Program-made: the position numbers and the translations under genes
The notes under the pieces: generated by a model
Seen by the model: the letters and a program-made list of their open reading frames with translations, nothing else
The model's database searches: none
What the model was told of the DNA's origin: nothing
In this document: piece by piece, positions 21,190-34,286 of the stretch
Layout: each line of letters starts with the position of its first letter
Position numbering within the stretch: the first letter of the stretch is position 1
Source of the DNA: an uncultured delta proteobacterium
Lineage (GTDB): Bacteria > Myxococcota > Myxococcia > Myxococcales > Myxococcaceae
Reading direction: 5' to 3'
DNA length: 64,000 nucleotides
Assembly: GCA_963713045.1 (NCBI GenBank)
Contig: CAVQKE010000004.1
Span: 160,001-224,000 of the forward strand

Positions 21190-22316
21190 CCGACATTCTC
21201 GCGGCCGATGAAGGTGTCGAGCTGCCGCGGCACCTGAACGATGGAGCGGGTACCGCCCCCCGAGGATTCGAGGGACAGTCGAGCGCGCTCCGAATACCGG
21301 AGCTCGAGTCGGCGCCGCACCGACTTGAGGCCGAAGGCGTCCGAGCGGACGGAGTCGCCTGAGAGCCCGGGCCCATTGTCCTCGACGATGCAGGTCATCG
21401 AGTCACCAGCAAGGCTGGCGTGGATGCTGACCCGGCCGCCACCGGCGCGCCGCAAGGCCCCATGTTTGACTGCATTCTCCACCAGCGGCTGAAGCAGCAG
21501 GCGAGGAAGAAGGACGTTGCGAGTCTCCTCGGCGATGTCCCAGCCAAACGTCAGCCCCCCGCGGTGTCGGGCTTCGAGAATCTCCGCATAGCGGTGAAGC
21601 CACGCCACCTGCGCCCCCAGGGTTTGCATCTCGTCCTCATCGCGGAGGGCGTCGCGGAGCAAGTCGCCGAGCGCCGCGAGGAGGCGGCGGGCTTCACGCG
21701 GGTCCTCGGTGACGAGGCCGGCGATGGCGTTGAGGGTATTCAACAGAAAGTGTGGTTCCAGATGCGCTCTGAGGCGAGCGAGCTCGGCTGCGGCGCGCAA
21801 CTTCTCGGCCTCGAGCTGGACTTTGTCCCGCTCCAGAGAACGAATCCGGCCGAGTTCCACCACCCTCGGCAGCAGAAATGCCAACCCCCAGAGTCCAAAA
21901 TGGCTCATGGCCCAGGTCACCCCGGACAGGACCGAGCGCTCCAGGGTGGGCGGGGGCACAGCGGTGGACGTCAGTCGCAGGGCGGGAAACCGCTGGATGG
22001 CGAGCCACCAGAGCGCACCAAACAGCGCGCCCACCACGGCAGCGACGAGGATGCCGGCGCCCACCAATCGAGCGGGCCCGGCGCGGCGATGGTAGCCGTA
22101 GCTGAAGGCCGCCGACAGCAGCAACATCAGAGGCGGCATCTCCATCGCGACGTAAAGGAGTTGGGACAGCGCGCGAGGCAGGTCGCGGTTCGCGACGTAT
22201 TGGGTCGCGACCTGCAGCAGAATGACAATCACGACGACGCCGATGCCGAGGAGTCGATGCCCACCGCGGGGAAGCGGGGAGTCGACCTGTCCAGCTGGCG
22301 CACGGGCCGGAGTCAC
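21186..22316 (-). CDS. LytS/YehU-type sensor histidine kinase (start approximate)
   Basis: Four TM segments; LRAHLEPHFLLNTLNAI, LQPLVENAVKHG, VEDNGPG. Confidence 0.88.
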   Translation of the reverse strand: MTPARAPAGQVDSPLPRGGHRLLGIGVVVIVILLQVATQYVANRDLPRALSQLLYVAMEMPPLMLLLSAAFSYGYHRRAGPARLVGAGILVAAVVGALFGALWWLAIQRFPALRLTSTAVPPPTLERSVLSGVTWAMSHFGLWGLAFLLPRVVELGRIRSLERDKVQLEAEKLRAAAELARLRAHLEPHFLLNTLNAIAGLVTEDPREARRLLAALGDLLRDALRDEDEMQTLGAQVAWLHRYAEILEARHRGGLTFGWDIAEETRNVLLPRLLLQPLVENAVKHGALRRAGGGRVSIHASLAGDSMTCIVEDNGPGLSGDSVRSDAFGLKSVRRRLELRYSERARLSLESSGGGTRSIVQVPRQLDTFIGRENVG

Positions 22317-22500
22317 GGCCCCCAAAGTAAACCTTCTGCTCGGGGGGCGCAGCACGTAGCGGCTGGTGGCCCTCTCGCCGCCCGTGGTGGGCGCCCCTGC
22401 ACCGCTCGTCCAGAAGATGCTTTTGACGGGCGGCCGAAAGTGGGGTTCGCCAGGCCGGTGACGGCGGAGACTGCTGGCGGCCGGGGCTTCCCGGACGGCG

Positions 22501-23862
22501 TCAGCGGCCGTGCGGCTGCGGAAGTCCGCGGGCGTCGCGAGAGCTCGAGCCGCCGTCGCGCCGGGGATGGCGGCGGGACGGGCCGCCCGAAAAAACGCGT
22601 GCCCCGTGGGTCCGCGCATGTCGCCCGGGAGCTTGCCCGGTAGGCCGGGCGGAGATGCCATGGGAGTGGGTGCGAGGGCCGGGGTCGAGCTGCCGGTCCG
22701 CGTGCTGCTTGAGTTCGGCTTGAAAGGCCGGCGCGTCCCGTGGGACAGGGGCCTGGCGGACACGGGCGCGGGTGAGCCGTTCGATTGCGAGAAGCAGCGG
22801 CGTCTCGTCCGGGGCCACGAAGCTGGACGCCCTCCCGCTGGCTGCGGCGCGCGCGGTCCGGCCAATGCGGTGGACGTAGTCCTCAGGCACGTGGGGAAGG
22901 TCGAAATTGACGACGTGGCCGATGTCCGCCACGTCGATGCCACGGGCAGCGATGTCCGTGGCGACCAGCACCCGGACCCGTCCGCCGCGGAAGTCCTCAA
23001 GAGCACGTTGACGCTGGCCCTGCGAGCGGTCGGCGTGAATCCGGTCCGTCTGGTGACCGGCCCGCTGGAGTGACCGCGCCAGCTTGTCGGCCCGACGTCG
23101 CGTTCGAACGAAGACGAGGGTGCTGTCATCCGAAGTGCTGAGCAATGCCTGCAGCAAAGCCGCCTTCTCGCCATGGCCCACGCGGTACGCGGATTGGTGC
23201 GCCCGGGGCGCCGTTGTCCCTGAGCGGGCCACCTCCACCCGGACTGGCGAGCGCAGGTGCGTCCGAGCGAACGCAGCCACTTCGCCGGCCATGGTGGCGG
23301 AGAACAGAAGCGTCTGCCGCTGTTTTGGCAGCCTGGCCATCACCCGGCGCAGCTGCGGGGCAAAGCCCATGTCCAGCATCCGGTCCGCTTCGTCGAGGAC
23401 CAGAATCTCGATGGTGTCCAGCCGCGCCGTCCCGGAGTCGAGGTGGTCAATCAGGCGTCCCGGCGTGGCGATGAGCAGCGGACGGCCCTCGCGAAGGGCG
23501 CGGCGCTGTCCGTCCATGCCGACTCCACCAATGACGACGGCGGCCCGCATGTGTGCCTTCCGGCCGAGAAGGTCGACATGCTGGGCAATTTGCAGGGCCA
23601 GCTCGCGCGTTGGTGCCAACACCAGCGCCCGGGTGCCCGTCTTGCCGTGGAGCCGCTCCAGCAGGGGAAGCAGGTAGGCGGCGGTCTTTCCGGTCCCCGT
23701 GGCGGCGCAGCCGATGACGTCGCAGCCCTTGAGCGCCGGGGGGATGGCTTGGGCTTGGATGGGAGTGGGCGTAGTGAAGCCAGCGGCCGCCAGCGCTTGA
23801 AGCGCAGAAGGGGAGAGGCCGAGGGCTGTGAAATTTGAAGCAGAGGCAGACTCTGTGGACAC
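22501..23862 (-). CDS. DEAD-box RNA helicase (RhlE-like)
   Basis: PTPIQ, ATGTGKT, PTRELA, DEAD, SAT, ARGID, HRIGRTAR. Confidence 0.93.
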   Translation of the reverse strand: MSTESASASNFTALGLSPSALQALAAAGFTTPTPIQAQAIPPALKGCDVIGCAATGTGKTAAYLLPLLERLHGKTGTRALVLAPTRELALQIAQHVDLLGRKAHMRAAVVIGGVGMDGQRRALREGRPLLIATPGRLIDHLDSGTARLDTIEILVLDEADRMLDMGFAPQLRRVMARLPKQRQTLLFSATMAGEVAAFARTHLRSPVRVEVARSGTTAPRAHQSAYRVGHGEKAALLQALLSTSDDSTLVFVRTRRRADKLARSLQRAGHQTDRIHADRSQGQRQRALEDFRGGRVRVLVATDIAARGIDVADIGHVVNFDLPHVPEDYVHRIGRTARAAASGRASSFVAPDETPLLLAIERLTRARVRQAPVPRDAPAFQAELKQHADRQLDPGPRTHSHGISARPTGQAPGRHARTHGARVFSGGPSRRHPRRDGGSSSRDARGLPQPHGR

Positions 23863-24076
23863 GGAAAACAACCTTCTGTCGAACGGGAAGACCCGGCCGG
23901 ACGGGAACACACGCACCAGCACGGCGCGGGAGGGCGCGGACGACGCAAGACAGCGCGCTCCCGCGATGACACAGCGTGTAACAGCACACGCCCCGGAATG
24001 CCAGTCGGTGTCCAATCGCCGCTGTCCCGCGGGGTAGCGCGGCGGCTGCCGGCCGCGTCCGGTTAGGGTGCACCAC

Positions 24077-24961
24077 ATGCTCGCCCTCTTTGGGCTCCCC
24101 CTGCTCCTCCTCGCGCCCCCGGTCGCCCCGGTCGATGCCGCTGCCTTCGCGCGGGAAACGGCCGCCTGGCACGCCGAGCGCGAGAAGCGGCTGACCTCGG
24201 ACGACGGCTGGCTCACCTTGGTGGCGCTTTTGTGGCTGAAGGAAGGGGACAATGTGGCCGGTTCTGGACCGGATGCGACGCTCGTGTTTCCCCCCCAAGC
24301 GCCCGCTCGCCTCGGCACCTTCAGTCGACGCGGGTCGGCCGTCAGCTTTCGGCCGGCGCCCGGCGTCCTGGTGACGACGCGTGGAGGCACGCCTTTCAGC
24401 GGTGGACCTCTCAAGTCAGACGCGGAGGAGGCGCCGGACGTTCTCGAGGTCGGCGGACTCCGCTTTTACGTCGTCGTCCGCGGCGACCGGGTGGGCCTCC
24501 GGGTGAAGGACCCCCAGGCGCCCAAGCGCCTCGCGTTTCATGGCATCCCGGCCTATCCGGCCGACGTCCGCTGGCGCATCGAAGCGCGCTGGGAGCAAGC
24601 GCCGGCGGGCGCGGTCATCACTGTCCCCGACGTTCTCGGCGGGCTATCGCCGATGCCAGCCCCGGGCACTGCGGTGTTTCAGGTGGACGGCCGGGAGTAC
24701 CGTCTGACGCCGGTCCTCGAGGAGGGGAGCACCGACCTCTTCTTCGTTTTCGCCGATGCGACCAACCGCACTGAGACGTATGGCGCTGGGCGCTTTCTTT
24801 ATGCTGAGCCGGCGAAGAATGGGCGGGTGGTGATTGACTTCAACCGCGCCTACAACCCCCCTTGTGCCTTCACCCCCTACGCCACCTGCCCACTGCCGCC
24901 CAAGCAGAACCATCTTCCCTTCGCTGTAACCGCGGGTGAGAAGCGAAAAGGAGCCGACTGA
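24077..24961 (+). CDS. DUF1684 domain exported protein
   Basis: Signal peptide; GWLTLV, TYGAGRFL, DFNRAYNPPCAFTPYATCPLPP. Confidence 0.88.
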   Translation: MLALFGLPLLLLAPPVAPVDAAAFARETAAWHAEREKRLTSDDGWLTLVALLWLKEGDNVAGSGPDATLVFPPQAPARLGTFSRRGSAVSFRPAPGVLVTTRGGTPFSGGPLKSDAEEAPDVLEVGGLRFYVVVRGDRVGLRVKDPQAPKRLAFHGIPAYPADVRWRIEARWEQAPAGAVITVPDVLGGLSPMPAPGTAVFQVDGREYRLTPVLEEGSTDLFFVFADATNRTETYGAGRFLYAEPAKNGRVVIDFNRAYNPPCAFTPYATCPLPPKQNHLPFAVTAGEKRKGAD

Positions 24962-25042
24962 GCGGAGGACGTGGACTCGCCCGACGTGGATGAGACTTTC
25001 TAGACTCGCTCTCGAGGAACGCAATCCCCCCCGGGAGGGTCC

Positions 25043-25593
25043 ATGCATCGCCGTCTTCTGCCGTCGCTTGTCATCGCCGCCGCTCTCGCCACGCCAAATG
25101 CCGCACGAGCCGATTGGGCACTGCGCGCCGCTTACCTCGTTCCGATGTACGTGAATACCGGCGTCTCTCAAACGCTGGGCGCGCCCATCTACACCTACGG
25201 CGTTGGCCAGCAGTGGATTTCGAACCTGGACGTGCTGGCGAGCTGGTACCCGGTGGACTTCATGTCGGTGGACATCGAGGGACAATTCAACCTGACCGGC
25301 ACCAACCCCAACTACCCGATGACCGGCATTTACGTCGGTCCCGGCGTGACTTTCGATTTCCCCTTGTTCCTCTATGCGCGGGTCGCGCTGCCGGTTCAGG
25401 TCAGCGGACAGTCGAATTATCCAATCTCCACGCCCACCGCTTTCTTGCGGCGGGCGGAGGTCTCAAGCTCGACCTCCTTGTCTTGCGGCTGTACCTCGAG
25501 GCGACCGCCGACCTTGCCTACGCTGGCACCGGCGTCAGCTTCTTCAGCCCGAAGACCATCAACGTTGCGGCTGGCGTCTGGGTGAGATTCTAG
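25043..25593 (+). CDS. Small outer-membrane beta-barrel protein (one frameshift near 25447)
   Basis: Signal peptide ending ARA. The second frame continues LAAGGGLKLDLLVLRLYLE and ends GVWVRF. Confidence 0.7.
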
Positions 25594-25778
25594 GCGTCCC
25601 GCGGCAGCCCACGGCGGTCAGCAGCAGGGCCCCCCGCGAGGTCGCGCGAGCGTCTGGCACCTGGCAGCTGCGACACCGGCCTGTAGCAATTCGGTCGCGA
25701 ATTTTTTTGGTCAGCCGAATGCGGCTAGACAGTTGCCCTTGCACCGATGCGCTCCGCGTCGGGCGGCAAGGGGGCCAG

Positions 25779-26732
25779 ATGAGCGTCGCCATCGAGCGGG
25801 ATGAGTGGGCCGGGCTACTCGAAGACTCGGAAGTTTCGGTGGGGGCGGCTCTGCTGGCGGCACCCCCAGTCCGCTCGGAGCCGCTGCTTGCGCCGCGGCA
25901 GATGCTCGCTGGTCGCTTCAGCATCGTTCGCCTGATTGCGCGCGGCCCACTGGGGGTGGTGTACGAGGCGCGGGACGAGGAACGGCAGACGCCGGTCGCA
26001 CTCAAGACGGTGCATCCCCGTCTAGCGGCAGACTCCGCTGCCATGGACCGGCTGCGCTCAGAGCTGTTGTTGGCCCGTCGTCTGCGCCACCCAGCGGTGT
26101 GCCGAGTCTTCGAGGTTTACGCGCTGAGGACACTCAACGGCGACCTTTTGCACTTCCTCACCCGGCAGCTACTTCCCGGCAACTCTCTGGCCGATAGGAT
26201 GGCTCGCCACGGCGTGTTTCGCGAAGCGGAGGCTTTCCCGCTTCTGCAGCAGATGGCAGAGGCGCTGTCGGTTGCCCACGCGCTGGGCCTGGTGCACCGC
26301 GACTTCAAGCCCTCCAACGTGTTGCTTGTGCCCAGCGAAGACGGCGCGGGCCGAGAGCGGGTGGTGGTGACGGACTTCGGCATCGCCCGTGCGCTTCTTC
26401 CGGACCGACGACGCACCGAGCCCTTGCCAGCCTTGGCGGAGGAACTCCTCACCTCGCTGGACTATTTGGCCCCGGAACAGTTGGGTGGCGGCGTGGTGGG
26501 GCCGGCCACCGACGTCTATGCGCTGGGTGTGGTGCTGCACCAACTGATGACTGGCCGGCTACCGGCGGTTCACCCCTTGGGGCCGTTGGCGGACTCCTGC
26601 GTCATTCCACCCGCGGCGCTGGTGCCGGAGTTGGATGGTCGCTGGAACGCGACCATCCTTCGCTGCCTCGAGCGGACGCCGGGCCGTCGTTTCCAAGACC
26701 CGCGCGAGGTGGTGGCCGCGCTGTCTCAGTAG
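25779..26732 (+). CDS. Hanks-type Ser/Thr protein kinase (kinase domain only)
   Basis: VALK, HRDFKPSN, DFG, YLAPE, DVYALG; glycine loop degenerate. Confidence 0.88.
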   Translation: MSVAIERDEWAGLLEDSEVSVGAALLAAPPVRSEPLLAPRQMLAGRFSIVRLIARGPLGVVYEARDEERQTPVALKTVHPRLAADSAAMDRLRSELLLARRLRHPAVCRVFEVYALRTLNGDLLHFLTRQLLPGNSLADRMARHGVFREAEAFPLLQQMAEALSVAHALGLVHRDFKPSNVLLVPSEDGAGRERVVVTDFGIARALLPDRRRTEPLPALAEELLTSLDYLAPEQLGGGVVGPATDVYALGVVLHQLMTGRLPAVHPLGPLADSCVIPPAALVPELDGRWNATILRCLERTPGRRFQDPREVVAALSQ

Positions 26733-27223
26733 CTGAGCACGCCATTCATCGTCAGCACCGCTGGCCCGAAGCCGAGCGCCGAGACGGCCACGCCCCCGTC
26801 GGTCACCGCCGCGCCAAAGGCGTCGGCGAATTGTCCAGTGCCGCCGTCGAAGGTGAAGATTCCGCTAAGGGGAATGTTGGTGACGTCGATGTTCCCAGCG
26901 TCATTGCAGCCGACAAACGCGGCGCCGGAAAAGCTTGAATACAACACCTCTGTGCTGCTTTGAGTCCAGGTCGCGATGATGCTGACCGGCGCGGGGCCGC
27001 ATGCTCCGATGGTGATGGGGAGCGTTGCGCTCAGCGTATACGCACCGGCTTGGCCGAGGTTGCACGAGCCATTCAGCGTGACGTTGGTCCCCACAATGTC
27101 CACCGGCACCGATGGACAGCCGCCGTCGATGATGTAGAGAACTGGTCCGAGCGGGGTGCTGCTGCAAGCCACGGCCAGGGCTGTGGCGAGCGTTGCGCCC
27201 AGCACCACATAAGTCTTCCTCAT
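26726..27223 (-). CDS. Hypothetical lipoprotein
   Basis: Lipobox AVAC; beta-rich with four further Cys; GGTGQF motif. Confidence 0.7.
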   Translation of the reverse strand: MRKTYVVLGATLATALAVACSSTPLGPVLYIIDGGCPSVPVDIVGTNVTLNGSCNLGQAGAYTLSATLPITIGACGPAPVSIIATWTQSSTEVLYSSFSGAAFVGCNDAGNIDVTNIPLSGIFTFDGGTGQFADAFGAAVTDGGVAVSALGFGPAVLTMNGVLSY

Positions 27224-27348
27224 TCGCTAACCCTCCCTCATCCTCGGGGCGCCGCTCGGGCGTCCCGCGTGTAACCCGGCCCTAAGTCGCGGCACCCTAC
27301 CACTGGCCGCTGCAGTCCGGGGGGAGAGAAGTCGCTTGAAGCTGTGGC

Positions 27349-28380
27349 TTAGGTGCCGGTCGGCTGCGGCGCCGCACGGCTTCGACGGGGCTGGCCGACG
27401 GTGAGGTGGTAACGCTTGGCGGCGGATTCCAGAATGCGCTCCACCAGCTGTGTATAGGACCAGCCTCGGTCGGCGGCGGCCATCGCCAACTCGCCTCGCT
27501 TCTCGAGGTACGGGTTGGGGTTGGCCTCGAGGATGTAGGCCTCGCCGGTTCGAGCGATGCGAAAATCCAGCCGGGCGTAGTCGCGGAGCTTGAGGGCGCG
27601 GTAGGCGAGCCTCGCTGCTCGCTCAATTCTGGCGCGCAGCTCGTCGGAGAGGTCGCGGGCCATCACCAGCCGAGGGCTGCCTTCGGTTTCAGGGGCAAAC
27701 TTCACTTCTCGGTCGGAGACGCGGGGCTGGGCGGCGGACCAATTGCCGAAGTCCATCTCCACAATGGGAAGCATCTCTGGAGCGGCGCTGGGGCCGACCA
27801 GTCCGACGTACACCTCGCGCCCCTCGATGAATTCCTCGGCCAGGGCCTCGTCTTGCAAGTCGTCGCGGATGTCCCGCACCCGCTCGGTGAGCTCTTGCCA
27901 GTTCTGCACCACCGAGTGACGGCCGATGCCGATGGAGGCGTCAGAGCGTGCTGGCTTGACGATGAGCGGAAAGCGGAGCGTGCCTTTGGTCTCGAAGGTG
28001 TCGTTCTCGAAGGTGGCGAAATTCGCGGTGCGGACTTCGTGGAATTCGAGAATCTGCTTGGTGAGCACCTTGTCCTGCGCCAGCAGCAGTCCGGCCGTGC
28101 CGCTGCCGGTGAACTTCAGCTGAGCCAGCTCCATCAGGGCCGCGATGTTCACCTCCATCCGGTAGTCCTCGGCGAACGTCTCGCAGAGGTTGAACACCAG
28201 GTCGCATTTGCTCTTCTGCACGTCCCGCAGAATTTCCGGGACGCGGTCGTCGACGCCAACCTTCGTGACTTGGTGCCCGAGCTCCTGACAGGCCTCCACC
28301 ACCTCGGTGACGACGGGATCGAGTTCCTCACCCTTCGGCTGATAGTGGAGAACCGCGAGCTTCAGCGGCGGAAGTGCCAT
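27349..28380 (-). CDS. ATP-grasp ligase (D-Ala-D-Ala ligase-like family)
   Basis: LVFNLCE, FTGSG, DKVLTK, PLIVKP, EEFIEGRE, YARLDFR, EANPNP. Confidence 0.88.
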   Translation of the reverse strand: MALPPLKLAVLHYQPKGEELDPVVTEVVEACQELGHQVTKVGVDDRVPEILRDVQKSKCDLVFNLCETFAEDYRMEVNIAALMELAQLKFTGSGTAGLLLAQDKVLTKQILEFHEVRTANFATFENDTFETKGTLRFPLIVKPARSDASIGIGRHSVVQNWQELTERVRDIRDDLQDEALAEEFIEGREVYVGLVGPSAAPEMLPIVEMDFGNWSAAQPRVSDREVKFAPETEGSPRLVMARDLSDELRARIERAARLAYRALKLRDYARLDFRIARTGEAYILEANPNPYLEKRGELAMAAADRGWSYTQLVERILESAAKRYHLTVGQPRRSRAAPQPTGT

Positions 28381-28434
28381 GCGCGAGACGACAGAATACA
28401 CGTCTCGTGTCCGCGACGCCAACGCGTCGGGGCC

Positions 28435-29532
28435 TCAGTCGGCGTCGAAGAGTCGTCCGGTGTAGAGGTCGTTCATCGCGAGCGCAGTGACGAGTGAGCT
28501 CGCGCGGGTGATGTACGCGGAGCGAAGGTCTGCCTGGGCGGTGAGCTTGAGCTGTCCGGTGCGCGCGATGAGGTGGTCGACCACGCTGCGCACCACGGCG
28601 CGCTGGACGCCGGTGTACTGAGAGGCGGCCTGGATGAGAGTCTGGCGCTCGTCGATGAGGAGCTGCGAGGCGGCCAGTGGCGCGGCGCCCGGCGGCTCAA
28701 ACAGGAGAAACAGCTCCTGGTCTAACTTCTCGCCAATCTCCAAATCGGCGCGCTCGGTGAGCTCGCGCGAATGGTAGTAGTCGGCGACCGTCTCCTCCAT
28801 TTGGTCGGCGTCGATGTCGTGCGTCTCAAGACGGACTTCCGTCGGCTTGTGGCCCAATTCCTGGGCCAGCATGTCCACGTAGGTCAGCTTCTTGAGGGCC
28901 GGCCAATTTCGGTAACGGTGGCGCCAGTCCAGGCCTGGAGTTAGCCAGACTGCGAAAGTCTCGGCGAAGTCCTCGTCGGGATGCTTCTGCGCGTACCAAC
29001 CGGGAATGTGGTTGACGTAACGGCGGCTGAAGGGCTTCGGCTTGTATTCCTCGTTGTAAGGCTGGTGGTAGTCGCCGAAGAGTTGCTTCCAGGCCGGCGT
29101 CTCGTACAGCCGGTGGGCATAGGCAAAAGCGTGGCCAGCCTCGTGGCGAAGGTACATGAGGATGTCGCGTTCGCTTTCCACGCCGCCGCCGAGCTCGCCC
29201 TCGATGGACTGCAGCTGGGGGTTGGCCAGGTAAAAAGGGATGCCAATGACGGGGATGCCGTCCGGACAGCCCCATTCGTCGGAGAGGTAGCACTGCGGGC
29301 GCAGGTCCACGCCCTTCGCCTCGAGCTCGGCATACAGCTGTTGAATCAACCGCTCGAGTGGGGTGCCCGCCAGCTGCAGTTGAAGGTCCTTGATGCGGGC
29401 CTTGAGCAACGCTTGGCGTTCCGGGCGCAGCGGCTCCTTGGCGCGCTCCGGCTGGACGGGGCGCTCATGGAAGGACGAGCTTGGAGCCGGCGGAGCTTGG
29501 ACAACCGGCGCTGCGGAAGAGGCCAGGGACAC
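28435..29532 (-). CDS. Putative zinc-binding metallopeptidase
   Basis: HEAGH (HExxH), YAQKHPDEDFAETFAVW, YLSDEWGCPDG. Confidence 0.8.
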   Translation of the reverse strand: MSLASSAAPVVQAPPAPSSSFHERPVQPERAKEPLRPERQALLKARIKDLQLQLAGTPLERLIQQLYAELEAKGVDLRPQCYLSDEWGCPDGIPVIGIPFYLANPQLQSIEGELGGGVESERDILMYLRHEAGHAFAYAHRLYETPAWKQLFGDYHQPYNEEYKPKPFSRRYVNHIPGWYAQKHPDEDFAETFAVWLTPGLDWRHRYRNWPALKKLTYVDMLAQELGHKPTEVRLETHDIDADQMEETVADYYHSRELTERADLEIGEKLDQELFLLFEPPGAAPLAASQLLIDERQTLIQAASQYTGVQRAVVRSVVDHLIARTGQLKLTAQADLRSAYITRASSLVTALAMNDLYTGRLFDAD

Positions 29533-29696
29533 GGGGTTAGAACGTATACGCCCTGCGCCGGGTTCCGCTTGGGCTGCGTTTGTGTCCCTCTGGTGACAAG
29601 TCCTTTCAATGGGTTACACGCCCGCTCGACTGTTGAGTAGGCGTCAGCGCCTCCATTGACACCCCTTGGCGACCCATGGCCACATGCCCTGGAAGA

Positions 29697-32824
<3,128 letters not shown>

Positions 32825-32903
32825 CCTAGGGGGGCTCCTCGGCCTTGACCACGGGGGGCGGGTGTGCCCCTGGGGTCGAGTCGACTCCAGAGAAGGGGAC
32901 CTT

Positions 32904-34004
32904 TCAAGTAATTCCCGGCCGGTCCCAACGGAATGGCTCGAGGGACAGCGACGGTGCCTGCGCCAGGACGGCTTGGGCGAGAAGCTCGGCGGTGACTGGG
33001 GCCAGAAGGATGCCATTGCGGAAATGTCCGCTGGCGAGGAACAGACCGGGAAGGGGGCCAGCCCCCAAAATGGGCAGGTGGTCCTCGGTGAAGGGGCGAA
33101 GGCCAGCCCACACCTCCACCACTGGGAGGTTGGCCAGCCCGGGGGCCAGTTCCAGCGCCAGGGCGAGAATGTGCTTGAGGCCAGCCACGGTGACCTCTTT
33201 GGCGAAGCCTTCAAATTCCAGGGTGCTTCCAGCCAACAGGTGGCCGTCGTCGCGGGGCACCAGGTAGCCCTGGTCCGAGAAGACGACCCGCTGGAAGAGT
33301 GGCAAGCGCGAACGCAACATCACCATCTGCCCGCGCGCCGGGCGCACCTGACGAGGCGACACCCCGCAGCCGGGGACCAGTCCCGTCCACGCTCCGGCCG
33401 CCACCACCACGGCGTCCGCTTCCAGCCGCGCCCCGTCCACATCCACGCCACCAACGCGGCCGGCCAGCTCCAGCAGCGCACGCACGTGTCCGGCGACGAA
33501 ACGGACGCCGGCGCGCGCGGCGGCCATGGACACGGCGCGGACCAAGAGGCGGTTGTCAACCGAAGCGTCTTCGGGGAAGTGGGCTGCGCCCTGGAAGGCT
33601 GGATTTAACGCCGGCTCGAGGCCAAGTACCGCGCGCCCGTCGAGGAGTTCCGCGTTGAGGCCAATGCTTCGCTGAAGGGCGACACGCACTCGCAGTCGTT
33701 CGAGCGAAGCCTCGCCAAAGGCGAGGTGCAGCACACCTGAGGCCCGAAAGCCCACCCCAATGCCGGAGAGCGCCACCACCTCTTCGACGAAGCCCGGGTA
33801 GAGCGCGCGGCTTCTTAAGCACAGCGACAGGAAGGGCCCGGGTCCTTCCGACTCGGCCTGGGGTGCGAGGATGCCGGCTGCGGCGCTGGACGCCTCGGCC
33901 CCAGGAACGCTGCGCTCCACCACAGTGACGTCGGCGCCAGCTTTCACCAGCCGGAGTGCCACCGCGCATCCCACCAACCCGCCCCCGACGATGACCACCT
34001 TCAT
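32904..34004 (-). CDS. thiO: Glycine oxidase
   Basis: IVGGGLVG, ASSAAAGIL, RGQM, YLVPR, WAGLRP, GHFRNGILLAP. Confidence 0.88.
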   Translation of the reverse strand: MKVVIVGGGLVGCAVALRLVKAGADVTVVERSVPGAEASSAAAGILAPQAESEGPGPFLSLCLRSRALYPGFVEEVVALSGIGVGFRASGVLHLAFGEASLERLRVRVALQRSIGLNAELLDGRAVLGLEPALNPAFQGAAHFPEDASVDNRLLVRAVSMAAARAGVRFVAGHVRALLELAGRVGGVDVDGARLEADAVVVAAGAWTGLVPGCGVSPRQVRPARGQMVMLRSRLPLFQRVVFSDQGYLVPRDDGHLLAGSTLEFEGFAKEVTVAGLKHILALALELAPGLANLPVVEVWAGLRPFTEDHLPILGAGPLPGLFLASGHFRNGILLAPVTAELLAQAVLAQAPSLSLEPFRWDRPGIT

Positions 34005-34192
34005 TAGGGGCTCGCGGTGGACTTCAACTTGACTTCCGGGGTCACGACGCGAGCGCGCGTCGGCACCTGCCGGTGGGTGCGCCAAAAGAAATGGAGCGTC
34101 GCAGCGAGCGCCAGCACCATCAGGACCAGCGTCCGCGTAGGGAAACGCGGTGGTGGGGAGACGGTCGGGGGCCTGACGTGCAGTGACTGCAT
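34004..34192 (-). CDS. Small membrane protein (62 aa)
   Basis: One TM segment; its stop overlaps the thiO start by one base. Confidence 0.6.
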   Translation of the reverse strand: MQSLHVRPPTVSPPPRFPTRTLVLMVLALAATLHFFWRTHRQVPTRARVVTPEVKLKSTASP

Positions 34193-34286
34193 GGTGGGCT
34201 TGCTAGAGCTGAACCTTGATGTCTCCGCGAGGCGGGGTTATCCCCCCGGCGCCCCTCTTCGGTGAATGGGGGCGGAGGAGTCAACC

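Noticed and set aside
21186..23174. 662-aa kinase ORF overlapping the helicase
   Set aside because: The N-terminal extension is an off-frame reading of the helicase; the real kinase starts near 22316.
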